Shown piece after piece: positions 8,025-13,965 of a stretch of 13,965 bases of DNA (positions are counted from its first letter, which is position 1; every line of letters begins with the position of its first letter). The notes under the pieces were generated by a model. That model made no database searches, had not been told where the DNA came from, and saw nothing but the letters and a program-made list of their open reading frames with translations. The DNA is from Ruminiclostridium sp. GTDB taxonomy: Bacteria; Bacillota; Clostridia; Oscillospirales; Ethanoligenentaceae. The position numbers and the translations under genes are program-made. Where the stretch lies: NCBI GenBank assembly GCA_036261235.1, contig DATALE010000021.1:1-13965 (forward strand). Direction: 5' to 3'.

Positions 8025-8049
8025 ATGCCCCGCGGAAGCCGCGGGGCAT
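8025..8049. terminator. Hairpin between the convergent rpe and mecA-like genes. It has a T-tract on the minus strand, so it acts mainly as the terminator for the minus-strand gene.
   Basis: ATGCCCCGCGG aagc CCGCGGGGCAT stem-loop. An A7 run precedes it on the plus strand, which reads as U7 after the hairpin on the minus-strand transcript. Confidence 0.55.
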
Positions 8050-8063
8050 GGAAAACTGTCAAA

Positions 8064-8660
8064 TCAACAATGAAAATAGCGAATAAAGTTTTCTATTGCG
8101 CGTGTTTTCAGGATGATAGTTCCATGTTCTTCCAGCATGGCCTCGTAAATTGCAGTGCAGCTTTCAGCACTGCCGTACTCCGATAGGGCGGCCAGCAGCG
8201 CGGCGAGCCTGTCGCGGTCAAGTCCAATCGATACCGGCAGAAATACGAGGTAATATTTTTCGTTGAAACAATATAGGGCGCTGTTTTGAATCGGCAAATC
8301 CGGGAAATCGGCAAAATGTCCGATTGCGTTGATTGCGTCTTCAAGATTATCGCAGCTGAATACATATCCGCTATGCTTCTTCGGATTTTTCGCGTTTATG
8401 TGCTTCTCCACTGCCTCACATTGTGATTTTGTAATATAGATTATACACCCGCTGTTTTTCCCCGGAAGCACTTCAAGAAGCAGTTTACATCGCTGGGTGC
8501 TGAAACCGTCTCTTTGAGCCTCTGAAAGTATTTCTTTCAGGAGCCTCTGTGTGCCGGGGCTTTCCTTACTTATTGAATAATAGTCAAGGTCATATTTGTC
8601 AAGGTCCTTAGGGTCGAGCTGAATGCGCAGCCTGTCTGGGCCTATTTTCTGGATATTCAT
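8064..8660 (-). CDS. mecA: MecA-family adaptor protein (Clp protease adaptor-like), ~199 aa.
   Basis: The N-terminus MNIQKIGPDRLRIQL...DL and the segment LLLEVLPGKNSGCIIYITKSQ parallel B. subtilis MecA (MEIERI...; PLWIQVQALDKGLEIIVTKAQ). GAGGAGG sits 6 nt upstream of the ATG at 8660. The 53-codon upstream extension in the ORF track (to 8819) lacks an RBS and is rejected. Confidence 0.55.
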   Translation of the reverse strand: MNIQKIGPDRLRIQLDPKDLDKYDLDYYSISKESPGTQRLLKEILSEAQRDGFSTQRCKLLLEVLPGKNSGCIIYITKSQCEAVEKHINAKNPKKHSGYVFSCDNLEDAINAIGHFADFPDLPIQNSALYCFNEKYYLVFLPVSIGLDRDRLAALLAALSEYGSAESCTAIYEAMLEEHGTIILKTRAIENFIRYFHC

Positions 8661-8789
8661 TCCGTGCCTCCTCATGAAAGCGGTGTGGAGTTTTTTAAAG
8701 CATAAAATAAAGTAAAAGCTGCTGTTTTTTAAATAAGCGCCGCTTATGCCCAATAACACGGTAACGTTCAGCACCTGCGTGACATACTG

Positions 8790-8798
8790 TGTTATAAT
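8790..8798 (+). promoter_or_regulatory. Extended -10 element TGtTATAAT. It is the candidate promoter for the rnf-like operon and gives a ~185-nt leader.
   Basis: Read directly. The -35 is poor (TTCAGC). Confidence 0.3.
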
Positions 8799-8930
8799 AT
8801 TTATACTGGAAGAAACCATAAGACCGGCAAAAATATATCCGCTATTACATTATAATGAATACAACGCCAAAAGTCACTGTGCGACTTTTGGAAGAACGTC
8901 GATATTTATGTATTATTGTCGCAGGAAAGC

Positions 8931-8961
8931 AACTGCAGTTTTACTGTTTTGAAAACAGTAA
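8931..8961. promoter_or_regulatory. Two adjacent palindromes: AACTGCAGTT (8931-8940) and TTACTGTTTT-G-AAAACAGTAA (8941-8961, 10-bp perfect arms). Candidate operator or leader hairpin 29 nt upstream of the rnfC-like start.
   Basis: Perfect dyad symmetry read directly. There are three copies of the C(A/T)GTTTT / AAAAC(A/T)G half-site. The RBS GGAGG follows at 8979-8983. Confidence 0.45.
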
Positions 8962-8989
8962 ATGTACGCCAATTATATGGAGGTTTTTT

Positions 8990-10288
8990 ATGATGCTTAG
9001 AAGGCCGAGAGGTGGGCTGTGGCTCGAACTAAAAAAAACGCCGGCAGCCGAAAGGCCGATCGTTGAACTTAAAGCTCCGACAAGGCTCTATCTTCCGCTG
9101 AATCAATGCGGTGGAAGTTTGCCGGAAGTGCTGGTTCAAGAAGGCAGCCGTGTTTTAATGGGACAGCCTATAGCTGACGCTGCGCACGGGGATTGCTGTG
9201 CTTTGCACTCTCCTGTTTCCGGAACAGTTGAAAGCATTAAAGAATATAATTACCCTATCGGCGGCAAATCCGCTATGATAGTAATTGAAAATGACGGAAG
9301 GGATATGCCTTATAAAAAGAGTGCTGCTCATCCGAAAAATACCGAGGAAGTAATATCCGCCATAAGAAATGCCGGTGTCGTATCATCAAAAGGCTATGAG
9401 CTGCCGCTTTGGACGAAAATTCAGAAGATTGCCGACAGGAACATCAAAACAGTAGTATTGAACGTAGTCGAAACAGAGCCTTATGTCTGCGCGTCACAAA
9501 AAGTTATGGACGAGATGCCGGACGAGGTCGCACAGGGGCTCGGCATAATTATGAAATGCGCCGGGGCAAAAAAAGCAATTTTGGCGGTCAGCGACGATAT
9601 TCCTGGAGAAATTGCCAAAGGTATGGCGGAAAGTGCTCATCTTGCAGGTGTTGAGCTGACCATTGCCCATATACCACAAAAATACCCGAATGGGAACGAA
9701 CAATTTCTCTGGCGTGAGCTTTTTGCGCACGAAATCGATGCTCAGATTAAAAAAGGCGGACAAGCGCCGGAAGTATATTTCACTTATCCTCAGGACTGTG
9801 TTAATATATGCCGCGCGGTTGAAGACGGAACGCCTCAGCTGACGCGTGTGATTACCGTTGCGGGAGACGCCGTTGAAAATCCGCAGAATCTTGAAGTGCG
9901 TATCGGAACCCGGATTCATGATATTCTGGATCATTGCGAGCTCAGTTTTGACCCTGACAGGGTGGTTCTCGGCAGCGCTATGCGAGGGGTGGCCATTCAA
10001 AGCCTTGACACGCCGGTTACCAAATCTGTGGGAGCGGTTCTTGCTCTTAAGGCCGCGAGCAGAAAAATCGCAAAGTCGTCGTGTATTAACTGCGGCAAAT
10101 GCGTCAGCGTGTGCCCACAGGGCCTCTTGCCGAACTATATAGCAATGCGGGCGGTAAAAGCTGACGTTGATGCTCTTAAAGATCTCCATATTGACGACTG
10201 TATCGAATGTGGCTTATGTGCATACATATGTCCGGGCAGAATGCCGATTGTCGAATTGATTAAAAAAATAAAAAAAGCCGCGATGTAG
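8990..10288 (+). CDS. rnfC: RnfC-like electron-transport subunit. The RnfC_N domain and the C-terminal 2x[4Fe-4S] are present, but the canonical GGAGFPT NADH/FMN-binding motif is absent.
   Basis: N-terminal PLNQCGGSLPEVLVQEGSRVLMGQPIADAAHGDCCALHSPVSGTV matches the RnfC N-domain. ETEPY and IPQKYPNGNE are conserved. C-terminal CINCGKCVSVCP and CIECGLCAYICP motifs are present. Where canonical RnfC has GMGGAGFPT this protein has SSKGYELPLWTK (9371-9418). The start at 8990 has GGAGG 6 nt upstream, so the 45-codon upstream extension in the ORF track is rejected. Confidence 0.7.
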   Translation: MMLRRPRGGLWLELKKTPAAERPIVELKAPTRLYLPLNQCGGSLPEVLVQEGSRVLMGQPIADAAHGDCCALHSPVSGTVESIKEYNYPIGGKSAMIVIENDGRDMPYKKSAAHPKNTEEVISAIRNAGVVSSKGYELPLWTKIQKIADRNIKTVVLNVVETEPYVCASQKVMDEMPDEVAQGLGIIMKCAGAKKAILAVSDDIPGEIAKGMAESAHLAGVELTIAHIPQKYPNGNEQFLWRELFAHEIDAQIKKGGQAPEVYFTYPQDCVNICRAVEDGTPQLTRVITVAGDAVENPQNLEVRIGTRIHDILDHCELSFDPDRVVLGSAMRGVAIQSLDTPVTKSVGAVLALKAASRKIAKSSCINCGKCVSVCPQGLLPNYIAMRAVKADVDALKDLHIDDCIECGLCAYICPGRMPIVELIKKIKKAAM

Positions 10289-10325
10289 GAAAGCCTGCTC
10301 CGGTGAATGATAGGGGAACTGTTTC

Positions 10326-11306
10326 TTGAGACTGTTTGCAGCGTCGTCGCCTCACATAAGGCATGGCGATGATATAAGAGTTACGATGGGCGATACGATT
10401 TTGCCGCTCCTGTTTCTGCTGTTTATGGCAGTATACTATACGGGCTGGAGGGCGCTTACACTGACCGCCGTTTCGGTAGTAAGCGCTGTCGTCTTTGAAT
10501 ACCTTTACAGGCGAATTCTCCGCAAAAGCCGCAGCATCGGCGATATTTCGGCGATTGTTACCGGAATGATTATTGCGTTCTGCATGCCGGTTTCCGCGCC
10601 AATTTGGTTTCCGATTGTCGGATCGTTCTTTGCCATTGTCGTAGTAAAGCAGCTTTTCGGAGGGCTTGGCGGCAATATTTTCAACCCGGCGGCAAGCGCA
10701 ATCTGCCTGCTGACCGTTACATGGCCCGGCGTTATGTCAACCTTTCCGCAGGCTTCTGAAAAATTTCCCCTGTTTGCGACTCCCGTTAATTTTGAAACCG
10801 GAGTGCCTGTGCTGACTTCACTTAAAAACGGGACTCTTCCCGACAACAAAATTTTTGAGATGCTGATAGGCTATACCCCGTCAAACCTCGGCACAGGCGC
10901 GATTTTAATTATAGCTATCGCGGCTTTGGTACTGCTTTACCGCAGAATAATAAGTTGGAAGGTTCCGCTTGCATTTCTCGGTACCGTGGCGCTCGCGGCT
11001 TTCATTTTTCCGCGGTGCCCGTCCGGGAGGATTGACTCGGTTTTGTTTGAGCTGACTTCCGGTTCAGTTGCTTTTGCGGCTGTTTTTATGGCAACAGATC
11101 CGGTGACAAGCCCGGTTACTACATTCGGGCGGTTGCTGTACGGATTCTTCCTGGGCGTCATTACTATTTTTATAAGATACTTCGGGATTTATCCGGAAGG
11201 CGCATTTTTTGCGATACTAATCATGAACCCCTTTGTATTGGCGTTAGACAGACTCGGCTGGACGTTCAAAATGAAAGGGGGCAGAATAACATATGAGCAA
11301 CAATAA
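10326..11306 (+). CDS. rnfD: RnfD/NqrB-family integral membrane subunit.
   Basis: N-terminal MRLFAASSPH parallels E. coli RsxD MVFRIASSPY. Also carries LFGGLGGNIFNPAASA and FMATDPVTSPVTTFGRLLYG. TTG start with AGGGGA upstream. Polytopic, 326 aa. Confidence 0.7.
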   Translation: MRLFAASSPHIRHGDDIRVTMGDTILPLLFLLFMAVYYTGWRALTLTAVSVVSAVVFEYLYRRILRKSRSIGDISAIVTGMIIAFCMPVSAPIWFPIVGSFFAIVVVKQLFGGLGGNIFNPAASAICLLTVTWPGVMSTFPQASEKFPLFATPVNFETGVPVLTSLKNGTLPDNKIFEMLIGYTPSNLGTGAILIIAIAALVLLYRRIISWKVPLAFLGTVALAAFIFPRCPSGRIDSVLFELTSGSVAFAAVFMATDPVTSPVTTFGRLLYGFFLGVITIFIRYFGIYPEGAFFAILIMNPFVLALDRLGWTFKMKGGRITYEQQ

Positions 11307-12213
11307 GAAAAAAAGCAATAAGGCTCCGAAATCGGCATCCACGGCGGCGGTTATGGAAAAAAAGAAACCTGCTGAAAGCGCGGTAAAAAAGGTTTCCGTA
11401 AAAAATACGGTAAAGCCTGAAACCCCGGCGAAAAAAATCATCACTCCGAAGAACAGCAAAAAGGGAATTGCGAATATTATTTCAGAAACAAAAAATAAGG
11501 CGGCCGCACCTTTAAAAGTGATAAAGAGCAAGGCTTCTCAGTTTTCAAAACCTGAAAAGGTCAAAAAGGAACCGAAGCCTGTTGAAGTTGAAGCAAAAAT
11601 TGATCAGGTCAGGAACATTAAAGAACGGTTATTTTCTCTTAATCCTGTATTCGTTAGAATTTTGGCGGTTGTCCCGCTGCTGGGCGCGGCTGTATCGCTT
11701 AAAAACGGCGTGATGCTTTCATGCGCAATGCTCCTTACACTGCTTCCGCTTAACCTGCTGCTTATTCCCATATACAGATTTGTTCCTGAACGATACCGTT
11801 TTGCGATATCATTTGCCGCGGCAGGCATTATAATAACACCTGTTTGCCTGCTGACAGATTATCTTGTTCCCACAATCACCTCAAGCTGCGGAATTTATTT
11901 GCCTCTTATTGCCGTATGCGCACTTTTGTTGACCGAAAAAAAACATTTCGGCAAAAAATATGTTGTGCCGAATACAGCGCGTGACGCACTGCTGAACGGC
12001 CTCGGTTTTGCTTTTGCCGCAGTAATTTTCTCAGCGCTGCGCGAGATAATTTCGAACGGCTCGTTTTATGACAGGGCTCTCCCTTATATATCGGGATTTA
12101 AGTTCAAATTTGCGGCAATGCCCGCCGGCGCGTTTATACTTCTCGCAGTTTTGGCGGCGCTTTTCAGAAAAATATCCAAATACAAAAAAACTGACGGGGA
12201 GGATATGGAATGA
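11293..12213 (+). CDS. rnfE: RnfE/NqrD-family membrane subunit with an unusual ~110-aa lysine-rich low-complexity N-terminal extension.
   Basis: Residues ~112-306 align with RnfE: NPVFVRILAVVPLLGA, LGIF-like GIYLPLIA.C and LLNGLGFAFA...LREIISNGSFY. Residues 1-110 are K/P/A/S-rich (KKKSNKAPK, KKPAESAVKK, KVKKEPKPVEVEAK) with no TM helix and no FMN-binding motif. The gene overlaps rnfD by 14 nt and rnfA by ATGA. Confidence 0.65.
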   Translation: MSNNKKKSNKAPKSASTAAVMEKKKPAESAVKKVSVKNTVKPETPAKKIITPKNSKKGIANIISETKNKAAAPLKVIKSKASQFSKPEKVKKEPKPVEVEAKIDQVRNIKERLFSLNPVFVRILAVVPLLGAAVSLKNGVMLSCAMLLTLLPLNLLLIPIYRFVPERYRFAISFAAAGIIITPVCLLTDYLVPTITSSCGIYLPLIAVCALLLTEKKHFGKKYVVPNTARDALLNGLGFAFAAVIFSALREIISNGSFYDRALPYISGFKFKFAAMPAGAFILLAVLAALFRKISKYKKTDGEDME

Positions 12214-12803
12214 ATTCATCACAGTTTGTTTCAATTGCCGTATCGGCAATTTTTGTCCAGAATCTCGTCATTGTTTATATGCTGTGTGAGGGAAGTTTCT
12301 TTAAAGAACTTAAAACTCCCACATCAGGGATTCTTTATGGAATTTCCGTGACCGCGGCGACAACTCTTACGTCTGTTTTGGCATGGATAGTAAATAGTTT
12401 TTTGCTGAGACCGAATTCTCTCGAATGGCTTGCGCCATTTGTGTTCATAATTATAATAGTAATGCTGGAAACAGCCGCCGAACTCATTTTTTCAAAAGTT
12501 GTTCCGGATAAGATTAACTCTCTTCACAAACTGTTTACGGCTTCGGCCTTCAACTGTGCAGTCTTGGGACATGCATTCCTGAATATTGAAGTAAATATGA
12601 GAGGCTTTTTCGGAGCCGCGTTTTATGGGTTCTGCGCAGGTATCGGTTATATCGCCGCAATAATTATAATAGCGAACGCTCTCGAGCGCATCAGGTTCAG
12701 CACGCCGCCGACGGTTTTCAAGGGGCTTCCTATTGCGCTCGTCACAACCGGAATTATTTCACTGGCATTTATGGGATTTGCGGGTATAACGATTTCATAC
12801 TGA
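12210..12803 (+). CDS. rnfA: RnfA/NqrE-family membrane subunit.
   Basis: 197 aa. Carries the FNCAVLG motif and a TM1 Cys (YMLCEG). GGAGG sits 7 nt upstream. Typical six-TM hydropathy. Confidence 0.75.
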   Translation: MNSSQFVSIAVSAIFVQNLVIVYMLCEGSFFKELKTPTSGILYGISVTAATTLTSVLAWIVNSFLLRPNSLEWLAPFVFIIIIVMLETAAELIFSKVVPDKINSLHKLFTASAFNCAVLGHAFLNIEVNMRGFFGAAFYGFCAGIGYIAAIIIIANALERIRFSTPPTVFKGLPIALVTTGIISLAFMGFAGITISY

Positions 12804-12952
12804 TTGCGATTTGAGCATATTATATATTGCGTATGTGCACTCACGAGCAAAAAATCACACAGGTATATGGCGTTTAGTTTGCGAATGATGTATTATACTA
12901 ATTCCAAATAAACTTAAGGTAAGAATTCGCGTAAAAATCGTAAATCAATATT

Positions 12953-12981
12953 TTGACGCAAATTCGTTGGAGACTTTTAAT
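12953..12981 (+). promoter_or_regulatory. Candidate sigma-A promoter TTGACG-N17-TTTAAT for the downstream DUF4015 gene.
   Basis: Hexamers and spacing read directly. No clear terminator follows rnfA, so read-through is also possible. Confidence 0.35.
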
Positions 12982-13068
12982 TTGGAATAAGTATTAAACA
13001 TTATTCTGTTAATAGAATATTTAATAAGCAAATTAAAAAAAGAGGACATTTTTCGGAGGATAGCATCG

Positions 13069-13965
13069 ATGCGAAGAATAAAAAGAGGAAACTACAGCGG
13101 TATTTATTCGTCAAGGCGCAGAAGGCGCAGTTCAAGTGCGCTTAAAACGGTAATCTTTATTATTCTAGCCGCGGCGGTTGTGTTCGTCGGCTACAGCATT
13201 TCTGACCCGCTCATAAGGCTTTTCTCCGGAAACCTGAAACCGACCGCTGCGTCGCATATTTCAAGTTCAAAATCAACGGCTTCATCTTCAAAGAAAGCCT
13301 CGTCTTCAAAGGCTGGCTCATCTTCAAAATTAAAGGCAGCAGCTGTTCGCGGCGTTTATCTGCCAAAAAGCTATCTGTCAAACACCGCTGAACTTAACAG
13401 CTTTATTTCACAGGCAAAAAGCGCCGGTATAAATCTTGCCGTAATTGACCTAAAAGCGGAAGACGGCGTTGTAAACTATGCTTCAAAAACGGACAGCGCG
13501 AAAGAGGCCATGGCACAAGGTGCGCCTGATGCGTCGGCGGCAGCAAAAGCTTTATCTGACGCCGGAATTACCCCCGCCGCCAGAATTTGTGCGTTTCAGG
13601 ATCCTGTTGCCCCTTCGGTTTTGCGCGGAGCAGGTGTTCTTTATTCACAAAATCATAGTATGAACTGGCTTGACCCGTCAGGAAACAGATGGCTTAATCC
13701 GAATTCACAACAGGCACAGCAATATATTACAAGCCTTGCGACAGAGGCCGTATCTTTGGGATATAAACAGATATTTATTGATTCTCTTACTTTCCCGACA
13801 AAAGGGAATCCAGACAGTCAGGGTTATTATGGAGACAATATGACTTCAAAAGAACAAGTCATTTCGGATTATGTTAAGACGCTAAAACAGCAGGTCAACG
13901 CCGCGGGCGGAAAACTGACTGTTATGGCCGCCGGAGCAGCGGCGGTCGGTCAGGCAAACGAGAAT
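13069..13965 (+). CDS. Membrane-anchored putative glycoside hydrolase of the DUF4015 / GHL10 (YngK-like) family. The 5' part only; it runs off the window end.
   Basis: GGAGG 9 nt upstream of the ATG. Basic N-terminus plus one TM helix, then a Ser/Lys-rich linker (SSSKSTASSSKKASSSKAGSSSK). The block VRGVYLP...AGINLAVIDLKAEDGVVNY...ICAFQDP...WLDP...GYKQIFIDSLTFP parallels DUF4015 TIM-barrel proteins. The ORF is open to the last base. Confidence 0.6.
   Translation, partial: MRRIKRGNYSGIYSSRRRRRSSSALKTVIFIILAAAVVFVGYSISDPLIRLFSGNLKPTAASHISSSKSTASSSKKASSSKAGSSSKLKAAAVRGVYLPKSYLSNTAELNSFISQAKSAGINLAVIDLKAEDGVVNYASKTDSAKEAMAQGAPDASAAAKALSDAGITPAARICAFQDPVAPSVLRGAGVLYSQNHSMNWLDPSGNRWLNPNSQQAQQYITSLATEAVSLGYKQIFIDSLTFPTKGNPDSQGYYGDNMTSKEQVISDYVKTLKQQVNAAGGKLTVMAAGAAAVGQANEN

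Noticed and set aside
7333-8049. Minus-strand ORFs 7333-7515, 7442-7666 and 7723-8049 antisense to rpe
   Set aside because: Embedded in the strongly supported rpe CDS.
8661-8819. 53-codon upstream extension of the MecA-like ORF, and nested ORF 8108-8365
   Set aside because: GAGGAGG sits in front of the ATG at 8660 and the MecA N-terminal consensus (M-x-I-x-K-I) starts there. The extension is hydrophobic junk, and 8108-8365 is an alternative frame inside the gene.
8931-8961. Rex (redox) operator upstream of rnfC
   Set aside because: The Rex consensus TTGTGAA-N4-TTCACAA is not matched. The palindrome has a different half-site (ACTGTTTT).
8746-8989. 68-aa ORF 8746-8952 and the 45-codon N-terminal extension (8855-8989) of the rnfC-like ORF
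   Set aside because: They sit in the divergent promoter/leader region. GGAGG at 8979-8983 defines the start at 8990 and the RnfC N-domain alignment begins there. The extension would run through the palindromic operator.
9409-10189. ORFs 9409-9654 (+), 9494-10189 (-, 231 aa) and 9858-10142 (+) overlapping the rnfC-like gene
   Set aside because: Alternative or antisense frames of a confidently assigned CDS. Arg-rich and low-complexity, with no RBS.
11293-11628. Idea that the Lys-rich region is a degenerate RnfG
   Set aside because: It has no N-terminal TM helix, no FMN_bind-like core and no S/T-G-A-T flavinylation motif. Its composition is that of a disordered basic tail, not a decayed domain.
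10505-12289. Minus-strand and off-frame ORFs inside rnfD, rnfE and rnfA (10505-10849, 10937-11161, 11244-11531, 11604-11828, 12031-12249, 12068-12289, 12647-12850)
   Set aside because: All are embedded in the membrane-subunit genes on the other strand or frame. Their hydrophobic translations are the expected mirror of TM-coding sequence.
13478-13663. 61-aa ORF in the track near the window end
   Set aside because: It is an out-of-frame ORF inside the open-ended DUF4015 CDS (13069 to the window end), which the track missed because it has no stop codon in the window.
1-13965. CRISPR arrays, tRNA/rRNA genes, IS elements or integrases
   Set aside because: No repeat-spacer periodicity, no cloverleaf-compatible or rRNA-like conserved blocks, and no transposase or recombinase ORF were seen. 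The only significant repeats are the 80-bp inverted pair at the left end and the 3x13-bp tandem at 7247-7285.

Overview
The window looks like a Firmicutes (Clostridia-like) chromosome with an AT-rich intergenic style and GGAGG-type ribosome-binding sites. From left to right it contains the following.

- **1-395, phase-variation-like switch.** Positions 1-80 are the exact reverse complement of 316-395. That repeat is codons 10-36 (signal peptide, lipobox Cys and first mature residues) of a BNR/Asp-box lipoprotein gene. The repeats bracket a 235-bp AT-rich segment holding a near-consensus extended -10 promoter, the RBS and the first 9 codons of that gene. The left copy is in frame but has no start codon, so it looks like a silent cassette. 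This is the most striking feature in the window.
- **289-3365.** The lipoprotein gene, apparently co-transcribed with a long flotillin-like SPFH gene.
- **3438-5743, minus strand.** A translationally coupled nadB-nadC pair (NAD de novo synthesis).
- **5930-7054.** An aldo/keto-reductase gene fused to a 2x[4Fe-4S] ferredoxin domain.
- **7352-8017.** rpe (ribulose-phosphate 3-epimerase), with a clean promoter.
- **8064-8660, minus strand.** A MecA-like adaptor gene.
- **8990-12803, atypical Rnf-like operon.** The order is rnfC-like, rnfD, rnfE-like, rnfA. No rnfG or rnfB lies between or after them in this window. The RnfC-like protein keeps both 4Fe-4S motifs, but the canonical GGAGFPT nucleotide/flavin-binding motif is replaced by SSKGYELPLWTK. 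The RnfE-like protein carries a ~110-aa lysine-rich low-complexity N-terminal extension exactly where rnfG would normally sit.
- **13069-13965.** The 5' part of a membrane-anchored DUF4015-type putative glycoside hydrolase.

Several terminators, sigma-A-like promoters and palindromic operator candidates are also described. All calls rest on reading the sequence and on motif knowledge; no database search was run.
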